From: Sminthopsis crassicaudata
Lineage: Eukaryota
Reading direction: 5' to 3'
DNA length: 64,000 nt
Assembly (NCBI RefSeq): GCF_048593235.1
Contig: NC_133619.1
Location: 651,040,558-651,104,557, forward strand
The position numbers and the translations under genes were made by a program. Position 1 is the stretch's first letter. The number at the start of each line of letters is the position of its first letter. Below are positions 24,417-36,000 of the stretch, one piece after another. The notes below the pieces were generated by a model that saw nothing but the letters and a program-made list of their open reading frames with translations, was not told where the DNA came from and ran no database searches.

Positions 24417-27400
24417 ATGAGCCCCGCCCTCTCTGCCCTGCTGTGCCTTGGTGAGTCCTAAGAACCCCCACAATGGAGGGGACTTTACAGAGCCCCAATT
24501 TCAGCCCACCCCACCGCCATTTTGTAAGGGGAAAGAGGCCAGCAAGATGGGGAGGCGGAGGAGCTAGAGGCCCGGGGGGTCCCTGAGCCGGCTCTGTCTC
24601 CTTGCTCTGGGGTGCTGGGCGGGGAGGGTGCGGGTGCTGACCCACAGTAATCAGGCTCCTCTCTGCCAGGACTGTGTCTGGGCCACAGGATGAGGGCGCA
24701 GGTGGGTGAGTCCTTCCCCCCAGAGCAGACAGCTCCCCCAGGGAGGGAGGTGGGGGCGGTCTGGGCTGCACTGCAGGGCTTGAAGGGGGGACCCGGTTTG
24801 GGGGGGCCCAGAGCAAGGGGATCCCCTGGAGCTGACAGCTCTCATTCCCTTCCAGACGAGCTCCCCAGACCCTCCCTCAGGGCAGAGAATGGCTCACTGA
24901 GCCCCCTAGGGAGAAGAGTGACCTTCAGGTGCCGGGGGTCACAGGGGGCTGCTGAATACGTTCTGGAGAAAGAGCTGGGACGTGAATTAAAACCTATCAC
25001 CTACGTGCTGTCAGAGGAAGCTGAGGTCGAGTTTTCCATCCCACGGATGACACTGAATGACGCAGGGAACTACTCCTGCAGCTACAGAACAGCATCCCGC
25101 TGGTCAGAGCGCAGTGACCCCCTGGAGCTGGTGGTCACAGGTGAGGAAGCCCAGGTCCCTCTGCCTCAGGCAGGGCTGGCGCAGGGTCCTGGCAGCCCCT
25201 GAGCTCCTCCCCAGCCCAGCCGGGTCCCAAGCTGCCCTCTGACCCTGCCCTTCCCTCCTCCACCCTGCCCCTGCCTCTGCTCTGCCCTGGGGCTAGAAGT
25301 GGGGAAAGGGAAGCAGCATTTATACAGCACCTACTGTATGCCAAGCAGTTTACATTATAATGCCATGAGAGCCTCTGTTATGGGCCAGAACTCTGAACTT
25401 GAAACAAAGGATGCTTCCAAGGTACTCAGTCAGTGGAATTGAGGAGACAATGGTTATCTGGTTTAGCAGGTTCAGAATGTTTGATTTAATCTTACAACAA
25501 ATAATGGCTTCCTCGTGATATAATGATTGGTTTATACTCCGTGTGGAGCATATAAGCAGGGACTCAGGAAGTCCTCAGGTGCAGAGATGAGAAAAGACAA
25601 GAGAACTGGAGGCAGGAGTTCAAGCTCTCAGAACCAAGGAGAGAGTCATCGTCTTCAGTCAGGCTCCTGGGGGCCTGAGACACTCGGGTTCAGGGAAGAC
25701 AGGCGGACTGGAGGCTGAAGCGCAAGCCCTTGGACTCAGGTTCATTCATCCCATCGCACGCCATCCTGCTGGCAGGCTCTCCTTGGCTTCTCCACTGAAA
25801 CCAAGGCTCCCAAAGGAAAGCCTCGCTAAGAAAGCTGCCCCACTGGGCTCAGACACTTACCACTTCCTGGCTGTGTGACCCTGGGCAAGTCACTTACCCC
25901 AGCCTCAGGAAAAAAAGAAAGAAAAGAAAAGAAAGCTGCCCCAGGGCCCCAGGAAAGGAAACTAGATTGTGAAGGAGATAATAAAGGATTTGGACTTTAA
26001 CACCGGGCTGTGCTTGTGGTGATTACTGAACTGAAGCAAAGGCTGCTCCCAGAGACCCCAGGAAAACCGAACCAGACAGCATTACAATGCTCACAATAAC
26101 TCCGCCAGCTGAATGCTATCCCACCTTGCATGTGGGAAAACTGAGGTGACCAGAGAGGAAGTGACTAGCCCAGGATCATCTTGTTGGAAAGTGTCGGAGG
26201 CTGGATTTGAACTCCTGAGTCCAGGCCACGGCTTTGGCCTCTGCGCCCCCAGCTGCCTCAATTAGATCCCACTTTGGGACAAAATGGAGGCAGGAGGTTC
26301 AGCTTAGGACTCAGGAGTCTAGACAGAGCTGTGGCTCCCTGGGAATGAAACAAGGGGCTGGTGGGCCATCTCCCCCTCCCAGCTCTGACCCTCTCAAGCC
26401 AGAGGGGAGTAGAGGGGCCTGCTGCTGCTCTGTGCCCTCCCCCCACTCAGACCTGGGCACAGGTTCTTCTGGGTAGCTCTAGGGTCTCTGTGGGACGGAC
26501 GGCAGGATAGAAGGGAACCGGGAATCCCAGCCAAGCCTCTTATTGTCCGTCCCAGGCACCTGCCCAGGGTCCACAGTGAGAGCAGCCTCTGCTTTGGGGG
26601 CGATGGCCAGCCCACACGGGTCGTACCCGGCCATAACTCTGCCCCCGCGGGACACCCAGCCCCTCAGTGGAGGGATTCTGTGAGAGAGGCCAGCCCCCTG
26701 CCAGGGAGGAAGCCTCTGGACCATGGCTCCTTCCTTGGAACTGACCCAAATTGTCTCTCTCTGTCTCTGAATCTGTCTCTCTTCCCTGCCTCCTGTCTTT
26801 CTCTCGGTGACTTTTTCAGTCTGTTAGACACTCTCTGCATTTCCCTCCCTTCCTCCCTTTCTCTCTGTCTCTCCCCCCTCCTCCCTCTCTCTCTCTCTCC
26901 CCCTCCTCCCTCTCTGTCTCTCCCCCCTCCTCCCTCTCTATCTGTCTCTCCCCCCTCCTCCCTCTCTCTCTGTCTCTCCCCGCTCCTCCCTCCCTCTCTA
27001 CCTGTCTCTCCCCCCTCCTCCCTCTGTCTCTCCCCCCTCCTCCCTCTCTACCTGTCTCTCCCCCCTCCTCCCTCTCTCTCTCTCTCCCCGCTCCTCCCTC
27101 CCTCTCTACCTGTCTCTCCCCCCTCCTCCTTCTCTCTCTGTCTCTCCCCCCTCCTCCCTGTCTGTCTCTCCCCCCTCCTCCCTCTCTACCTGTCTCTCCC
27201 CCCCCTCCTCCCTCTCTAGCTGTCTCTCCCCCCTCCTCCCTCTCTGTCGGCCTCTCCCCCTCCTCCATCCCTCTCTTTCTCCCCCCTCCTCCCTCCCTCT
27301 CTTTCTCCCCCCTCCTCCCTCCCTCTCTACCTGTCTCTCCCCCCTCCTCCCTCTCTCTCTGTCTCTCCCCCCTCCTCCCTCTCTCTCTGTCTGCCTCTCC

Positions 27401-29686
27401 CCCTCCTCCCTCCTCTCTGTCTCTCCCCACTCCTCCCTCTCTCTCTGTCTCTCCCCCCTCCTCCCTCTCTCTCTGTCTGCCTCTCCCCCTCCTCCCTCCT
27501 CTCTNNNNNNNNNNNNNNNNNNNNNNNNNNNNNNNNNNNNNNNNNNNNNNNNNNNNNNNNNNNNNNNNNNNNNNNNNNNNNNNNNNNNNNNNNNNNNNNN
27601 NNNNNNNNNNNNNNNNNNNNNNNNNNNNNNNNNNNNNNNNNNNNNNNNNNNNNNNNNNNNNNNNNNNNNNNNNNNNNNNNNNNNNNNNNNNNNNNNNNNN
27701 NNNNNNNNNNNNNNNNNNNNNNNNNNNNNNNNNNNNCTCTCTGTCTCTCCCCACTCCTCCCTCTCTCTCTGTCTCTCCCCCCTCCTCCCTCCCTCTCTCT
27801 CTGTCTCTCCCCCCTCCTCCCTCTCTGTCTCTCCCCTTCCTCCCTCTCTGTCTCTCCCCCCTCCTCCCTCTCTCTCTGCCTCTCCCCCTCCTCCCTCCCC
27901 TCTGTCTCTCCCCCACTCTCTTTCCTTCTCTCTCTTCCTGCCCTCCGGCTTTTTCCCTCCCACTATTCAAGCACCCACTTTCTTTTCTTCCCCCAGAGGT
28001 TTCCAAGGCCTTTTTTTACCCAAAAACCTCTAATATTTGTTTATTCTGGACGTGAGTTGAATCTCCAGCCCATCCTGGGGTCCAGGCAAGCCCAGGCCAG
28101 CCTCCGGCGGCCAGATCTGCCCCCACAGAAAAGGGGCTTTACAGCCCTAACTTCAGCCCCTCCCCCCCCCCAGAGCTGTACCACCCCCCCTCCCTCTCAG
28201 CCTGGCCCGGCTCCACGGTGGCCGAAGGACAGAACGTGAGCCTCCAGTGCCGGGCCGAGAAGGGATATGACCGCTCTGCCCTGTACAAGGACGGAGCACC
28301 GGTCACCCAGGCCTCGGCCCAGCCCCATGGACGGGGCTCTCAGGCCAATGTCTCCATCCCTGCTGTGACCTCTGCCCACGGAGGGACGTACCGCTGCTAC
28401 AGCTTTCAGAGCCACGCCCCCCATGAGTGGTCAGCCCCCAGTGACCCCCTGGAGCTCAGGGTCACAGGTGAGAGACCCCGCCCCCTTCCTCCCAGCCCTC
28501 CTAAGCTCCCTCCCTAGTCCGGGCACCTCGCTGCCTGCTCAGGGCCCTGTCCCAGGGGTCCCCGGGGGCCAGAAGGACTGGGGGGTGAGCTTCAGAGCAG
28601 GCAGGGTCTGAGTAATGGGTAGGGCTCAGACAATGCAGACCCTCGGGCCTCTGCTCCCTGGCCCTCTAGCCTCCCTCACCATCTCCCACCGCCCACTTCT
28701 GCTGGTCCCCCATATGTCTCCTGGGTCCCAGGTAAGGGGTTCAGGAGAGAGGAGCAGAACTGGGGTATAGCCAGAGGGTAAATACCCACAAGCCCCTCAC
28801 CCTTTCCCTCTCCCTGTACCGGACACCTCCAGCACCCTGGGAATCCCCAGCTCTGACCCCCTCCCCACCAGCGAGGAGGGGTGGGAGTCTCTGATCCTCT
28901 CCTGCTCCTGCTGCCTAAGCCAGGGCTGAGTCTCCCCCCTGTGTGGGAGCAGGGGGAGGGACGGAGAGCTGGGACAGGCAGGAGGAACTCCAAGCCAGGG
29001 AAGGAGGAGCATGGCTGGCCTGGGAGGGGGCTGGACATGTGGGAGCAGAGATGGGCAGGGCGGCCCCAATTCTGCTCCCTTCTCTCTCTTCCCCATTCCT
29101 CCCGGGGGCCCCCACCCCTCCCCCATGCAGCCATAGCAGGGACTATGGGGAGGGGGCTCTGCTTCTGCATCCCTGGCGTGGCCAGGCTCACACAGAGAGG
29201 AAGTGTCTGAGGTGGGATGGGAACTCGCCTCTTCCTCACCACAAGCTCTACCCACTCCCCAAGCTGTTGCCAACATGGTGGGAGATGAAGAATGAGGGGG
29301 AGGAGAGGAAGTGAGGGCCAGGGGGATCTGGGCCTGACTCAGGGGCCTGCAGAGGAAGCCCTGAGGGGGAGCAATAGGGGAAGGAAGCTGCCTGAGCCCC
29401 TCCCTCAGCCCCATCCCCAGGCTCCCAGCCCAGGGAGAGGGGCTGGGGCTGAGCCTGGGGAGAGCTGAGGAATCCTGCCCCCACTGACGGGGGCCTGAGA
29501 TCTGGGGGTCTTGTCCCTCTCCCAGTGACTTCTCTCCTCCTCCCAGATCCTGCAGCCCAGGATTACACGGTGGGCAACGTCATCCGCCTCAGTCTGGCCG
29601 GGCTGGTGCTCATCCTCCTGGGGGTCCTGCTGGCTGAAGTCTGGAATAGCTGCAGGGAACCCAGGGGGAGCTCCTGCACCTTCTGA
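24417..29686 (+). CDS. Receptor B: activating two-Ig LRC-family receptor, paralogue of A, about 262 aa
   Basis: Exons 24417-24450 (Kozak accaccATG), 24670-24705, 24856-25140, 28174-28467 and 29547-29686. GT-AG, 789 nt open. [31 protein letters not shown] with Arg. Intron 3 contains an assembly gap. Confidence 0.87.
25376..26086 (+). mobile_element. Solo LTR in receptor B intron 3
   Basis: TG...CA termini, TATA-like catataag near 25547, AATAAA 25980-25985. Empty site in receptor A at about 2240 (gagagcctc ataataac). Imperfect 6-bp TSD agcctc/atgctc. Confidence 0.85.
25843..25928 (+). mobile_element. 5'-truncated marsupial SINE (WSINE1-like) inside the solo LTR
   Basis: ctggctgtgtgaccctgggcaagtcactta core, A-rich tail, exact 15-bp TSD aagaaagctgcccca (25828-25842, 25929-25943). 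Confidence 0.8.
26750..27930. repeat. Expanded CT-rich tandem repeat (ctgtctctcccccctcctccctct-like units) containing the assembly gap
   Basis: Many imperfect copies of about 24-30 nt. N-run at 27505-27736. The homologous tract in A is only about 150 bp. Confidence 0.92.
27505..27736. other. Assembly gap (232 N)
   Basis: Run of n characters inside the CT repeat. Confidence 1.
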
Positions 29687-31049
29687 CACATGGGAAGCCA
29701 GAGCTGGGGGGCACTGAAGGCATGGATCCCAAAGATTCCCAGAGTTCTGCCCACACCCAGACAGAGGAAGGATCCAGCCTTTGGGGGGTCTACACCAATC
29801 TCATCATTTGGTGGCGAGTGTCCACACCATCCCCATCAAGGGTATGGCAGGAGCAATCCACCCGAGCCTCCTCCTGCACTCCTTGGCCATCCTGGCTCTG
29901 GGGGCCCTAAGCCCACCCTGACCAGCAGCAGGACCCCTGCTTCCCCCCACGACCTCTCCCAAATCAGGACAAGCCTTCCCTCAGCTGGCCCGGCCCACAA
30001 ACCCTCTCTGCCCCGAGCTCTCCTCACATCTGCTGCCTGCAGTTGCAGACCCGGCTTCCTGAGGTGCACAAGAAGGCATTTGCACCCCTGGGTTCCTGAG
30101 GAGACCAGAGTCAACCTTCCTGTGGGAATCTGAGGGAGCTGCCCTTGCTTCCACCTGTAGCTGGCCTTCATCACAGCTTGAGGCTCTTGTCTCAGATGCT
30201 AAACGTGCCCCTTGCCCATGACTGCCCATGCCCCCAGAGGGCGCTCTCCACCCAAAGGGCCAGACTCCCCTCAAGGTCTGTCTCTATCTTTGTCTCTCTC
30301 TCTCTCCCCTTGTCTCTCTGTCTTTGTCTCTTCCCTTGTCTCTTTCTCTATCTCTTCTTATGTCTCTGTCTCTTTCTCTGCCTGTCCCTGTCTGTTTCTC
30401 ATTATCTCTCCCTTCCTTTTTCCCTGATTTCCTCCCTCCTTCATTCTCTTTCCGTCTCCCCCACTCTTTCTGTCTCTCTCTCCCTCTCCCCCCACTAACC
30501 CATCTACTTTCCCAAGAATTTAATCAGATGGAAAGACCTATGTCTCAAAAAGTATTGAGGATGGAGGATTCTGGGAAGGTGGGGGAGTAGGTTGGTAAAT
30601 TTCAAGATCTCTCCATTTTCCCCACAAAAAGAACAAATTTGCCCTTCAGGGCAAACACAGACTGGTGAAAAATCAAGAAGACTTGGGGCAAGACAAGGTC
30701 CTCCTGGTATGACTCAAGATCCAAAGAAAAACCCAGAGAGAGCTGGGTGTGGCTGGAGTCTCAACAGGAATTGCAGAGACTTTCACTTTCTGGACAGTGA
30801 AAGAATTGGGGTTTGAGCCTGGGAAGACTGAGGGAACCTCTGCTAAGTGGGAAGACTAGGCCAAGCTGTGCTGCTGACACAATCCTGTCCTGGACAAGGA
30901 GCCAATCCATCAGGGAGGGAGGCTGCTGGCTGCGGGCACTTGCTGGAGGGCAGAGCCCTTGGATTAGGGTTCCTGGTCAGAGAGGAGAGCTGAAGTGAGA
31001 CTAGAGGCACCACCCCTCCACCCCAGGAATAGACGTGCTTACACAAATA

Positions 31050-32030
31050 CTTCTCAATTTAAAAAATTGAATTGGCAAAGAAAAAAGGACCCACCATAGA
31101 AACGTACTGTGGCAACAAGAAAGATCAGGGTTCATCTTCAGGGGATATTGAAGTAAAAAAAAAGCTTCTACCCCAAAGAGTAACATGAAGTGACTCCTTG
31201 CCCAGAGAGAATTTATAGTAGAATTCAAAAATCAAATGAGAAACATTGAAAAATAACTAACATAAATTAAAAATAAAAACATCTAAGAAAAACAAGATTA
31301 TGGAAAAAAAAAAAAAAAGATAACCAACTAGAAAAGAAGAGACAGAATCTCAAAGATGAAAATAACTCTTTGAAAATTAGAATCTGGCAAGGAGATGCCA
31401 ATGAAGCTATGAGAGACCAAGAAATAACAAAACATATTCTAAAGAATGAAAAAATAGAGCACAATGTAAAACATAGGAAAAATCACAGATCTGGAGAATA
31501 AATCAAAAAGAGAAAATATAAAAATAATTGGACTGCCTGAAAGTTGTAATCCAAAAAAGGATCTTCACACAATAATGCAAGAAATAATACAAGAAAATTG
31601 TCTTGGAGTGAAAGAACATGAGGGGAAAGTAGAAATGGAAAAAAATCTGCCGATCACCACCTCAACAAAATTCTTTGTGGAAAATATATAGGAATATCAG
31701 TACCAAATTTTAAAATCCTCAGATCAAAGTGAACATTTTGTAAGAAACAAGAGAAAAATCAAATATGCTGGAGTTAGTTAGAATTGTACAGGACTTATCA
31801 GCAACCACAATAAAAGACCCCAGGTCCTGGAAGCATATCTACCAACAATAAAAAAAATACTAGGCCTGAGGCCAAAAAATCATATCAAGCAAAATTATCT
31901 ATAATATTGAACGAGAAAAAATGGACATTCAATAAATTTTCAGATTTTTCAATCAATCAAAACCAAACTTCATAGAAAATTTAACACATAAGAGCCAATA
32001 CCAAAGATCAGCTTCAAGGAATTTAACATA
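31050..32030 (+). mobile_element. Old L1 ORF1 fragment
   Basis: Degenerate translation DLENKSKRENIKIIGLPES...IIQENC around 31487-31605. Boundaries approximate. Confidence 0.75.
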
Positions 32031-32052
32031 GGTAATGTTCTCTTCTCTAAAT

Positions 32053-32340
32053 TGTAATCGTTCTCTTGGGGGCAGGTTTCTTGGGGAGCTTCTGGAGGCA
32101 GCCTTAGTTTCAGTTCAGTTCATTAGTCCCAAATGCAGCCAGGAGTTAAAGTCTAAATCCTTTATTGTCTCTTCCAAAATCTTATCTCCTTCACTTGGGG
32201 CTCATTTTCTGGAGGTCTTCCTCTCTCCTTGGTTCCTGAGAGCTCTTGTCCAAATGTCTCCAACCAGCACAAACATGGAACTTGGAATGACTTGACTGAA
32301 TCTCCTAGAGTATAGAATTGTGGGTTTCTGCCTTGTGAAT
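32053..32340 (-). mobile_element. LTR 3' fragment related to 25376-26086
   Basis: Reverse complement matches the 3' end of that LTR (gcagccttagtttcagttcag; gttaaagtctaaatcctttatt). Confidence 0.65.
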
Positions 32341-33009
32341 CTCCCAGGAGTCAATCCTAGTTCTGACAAAGTAAAAATTTACAAGAAAATAAAGAAAAGA
32401 TGGACGCTCATGGATATAATTTCTTCTACTAATACTTTCTTGAACTGGTAATTTGTTGTTACATAGTTTTAATCCTCCCTAATGTTCTGCTGGGCACATG
32501 ACAAAGAACTCTTTTGCCGTTTTATTTTGCTTTGTATTCCTTTTCAGTTTTTCTTTTTTCTTATTTTATTTTTTTAATAAAATAAATTTTAAAATAAAAA
32601 AATATTGGGGATGTAGAGTGAACAGGATGCAATAAGTACTTCAAGTCCTATGGCTATGCACAAAGACTTGGCTTCCCAAGCCCTGGGCTAAAAAAACTGA
32701 AACTGTATATATCTATGTGTCTCATATATATGAAGTCTATAAGCATTTTAGGGGCCTGAAGCACTGCTCCCTCCCAGATGTGACTTCCAAGTCACAAGTA
32801 TTTCAGATTATCCCCCAAAGGAATGGGGTCCCATGGTACCCTCATCCATGGGGCAGCAAGTTTTGTGACCATGCCAGCCCCTGACAAGACCTATTAGCTT
32901 CTCAAACAAGTTAATTATTTGTAGATCTTGGAATTCAGCTGCCAATTAACCCAAGCCTTAACTGATAAGACCCAAAGACTAAAACAGAGGGGAAATACTA
33001 ATTTCACTC

Positions 33010-36000
33010 AAAAAATTGCCTTTATGATTTCCTTGGGATACAGACCTAGTAGTGATACTGCTGGATCAAGGGAATGCAGAGTCAGATACCCTTTGGGCAT
33101 AATTCCAAATTGCTCTCCAGAATGGTTGGATCTGTGCACAGTTCCACCAACAATGTATCAGTGTCCCAGTTTTCCCACATCCCCTCCAACATTCTTCATG
33201 ATCTTTTGTCATATTAGCCAATCTGAAAAGTGTGAGATTGTAGCTGTGTTATTTTAAGTTGTATCTCTCTAATCAATAATGATTTAGAACATTTTTTCAT
33301 ATGACTATACATGACTTTAATTTCTTCACCTGAAAATTGTCTGTTCATATCTTTGACTATTTATCAGCTAGAGAATGACCTCTATTCTTATAAATTTTAT
33401 TCAGTTCTTTATGTATTTTAGAAACGAGGTCTTGATCAGAAACACTAGATGTAAAAATTTTTTCCCAGTTTTCTGCTTCCCTTCTAATCTTGGCTGTATT
33501 GGTTTTATTTGTTCAAAAACTTTCTTAATTTAATGTAATCAGAGTTATCCATTTTGATTTCATAATGTTCTTTAGTACTTCTTTGACCATAAATTCCTCC
33601 CTTCTCCAAAGATCTGATAGGTAAATTATCCCTTGCTCTTCTAACTTGTTTATAGTATCATTTTTTATGCCCAAATCATGTACCCATTTTGACCTTATTT
33701 TGGTATGAGGTATGAGAAGTACATCTATGCAGAGTTTATAACATTATTTTGCAGTTTTCCCAGCAATTTTTGTAAAATTATGAGTTCTTTCAGCAACTGG
33801 AGTTTGGGATTTATCAAATACTAGATTGCTATAGTCATTATTATGTCATATGCAGAATTCCACTGATTCTCCATTCTCTCTTAGCCAGTACCAAAGGGTT
33901 TTGATGACTCCTGCATTATAACAGAGTTCTAGGTCTGGTACTATTAGGGAACTATTTCTTAATTCCCTTAGTATTTTTTTTTCTTTTATTCTTCCAGATG
34001 AATTTTGTTACCATTTTTCCTAGCTCTGTAATTTTGGGGGAGTTTGATTGGTATGGCACTGAACAAGTAGATTAACTTGGGTACCATTGTCATTTTTATT
34101 ATATTATCTCAGCCTACCCATAAACAATTTATATTTTTCCAATTGTTTAGATCTGAGTTTATTTGTGTGGAAAGTGTTTTCTATGGACCTACATTTAACA
34201 CCACATACTAAGATAAGATCAAAATGGGTCCAAGATTTAGTCATAAAGAACGAAATCATAAATAAATTGGAGGAACATGGGATGGTTTACCTCTCAGACT
34301 TGTGGAGGAGGAAGGAGTTTGTGTCCAAGGGAGAACTAGAGACCATTATTGATCACAAAATAGAAAATTTTGATTACACCAAATTAAAAAGTTTCTGCAC
34401 AAACAAAACTAATGCAAACAAGATTAGAAGGGAAGTAACAAATTGGGAAAACATTTTTACAAGTTAAAGGTTCTGATAAAGGCCTCATCTCCAAAATATA
34501 CAGAGAATTGACTGTAATTTATAAGAAATCAAGCCATTCTCCAATTGATAAATGGTCAAAGGATATGAACAGACAATTTTCAGATGATGAAATTGAAACT
34601 ATTTCCACTCATATGAAAGAGTGTTCCAAATCACTATTGATCAGAGAAATGCAAATTAAGACAACTCTGAGATATCATTACACACCTGTCAGATTGGCTA
34701 AGATGACAGGAACAAATAATGATGAATGTTGGAGGGGCTGTGGGAAAACTAGGACACTGATGCATTGTTGGTGGAGTTGTGAAAGAATCCAACCATTCTG
34801 GAGAACAATCTGGAATTTTGCCCAAAAAGTTATCAAACTATGCATACCCTTTGATCCAGCAGTGCTACTCCTGGGCTTATATCCCAAGGAAATACTAAAG
34901 AAGGGAAAGGGACCTATATGTGCCAAAATGTTTGTGGCAGCCCTTTTCATAGTGGCTAGAAACTGGAAAATGAATGGATGCCCATCAATTGGAGAATGGT
35001 TGGGTAAATTATGGTATGTGAATGTAATGGAATATTATTGTTCTGTAAGAAATGACCATCAGGAGGAATACAGAGATGCTTGGAGAGACTTACATCAACT
35101 GATGCTGAGTGAAACGAGCAGAACTAGGGGATCATTATACACTTCAACAATGATACTGTATGAGGATGTATTCTGATGGAAGTGGATATCTTCAATATAG
35201 AGAAGAGCTAATCCAATTCCAATTGATCAATGATGGACAGAATCAGCTACATCCAGAAAAGGAACACTGGGAAATGAGGGTAAACTGTGAGCATTGGTTT
35301 TTTTTGTTTTGTTTCTCTTCCCAGATTATTTTTACCTTGTGAATACACTCCTTCCTTTGCAACAACAACAACAACAAAATTCGGTTCTGCACATATATAT
35401 TGTACCTAGGATATACTATAAGATATTTAATGTATGGGAATGCCTGCCATCTAGGGGAGGGGGTGGAGGGAAGGAGGGGAAAAACTCAGAACAGAAGGGA
35501 GTACAAGGGATAATGTTGTAAAAAAAAAAAAAAAAAAAAAATTTACCTGTGCATATGTACTGTCAAAGAAAATGTCATAATTATAAAAATTAATAAAAAA
35601 CAAAATTTAAAAAAAAGTGTTTTCTAATTGTGTTCATATAGTTCCTATGTTTGTCCTGGCAGGTAGACACCCAAATATTTTATTTTGTCTACAATTATTT
35701 TACATGAATTTTCTCTTTCTCTTGTTGCTGGGATTTGGTAATAAAATACAGAAATACTAATGATTTGTATGGGTTTGTTTTATATTATGCAACTGGGCTA
35801 AAGCTGTTGATTGTTTCAAGTAGGTTTTTGAATGATTCTCTAGGATTCTTTAAGTATATCATGTATATGCAAAGAATGACAGTTTTATCTCTTCATTGTC
35901 TACTCTAATTCCTTTAATTTCTTTTTTTTTTTTCTTATTGCTGGAGCCAACATTTCTACTACATTATTGAATAATAGTTATAATGAACATGCTTGTTTCA

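Noticed and set aside
26680-28006. Long Glu/Arg/Gly- and Leu/Ser/Pro-rich ORFs (179-396 aa), and similar ones at 2834-3172 and 30145-30590
   Set aside because: Translations of CT/GA simple repeats; some run through the N gap.
1257-29686. Assigning GP6, OSCAR, TARM1, FCAR or a specific LILR symbol to receptors A and B
   Set aside because: Motifs are mixed GP6/LILR-like, the GP6 tail motifs are absent, and orthology needs a phylogeny.
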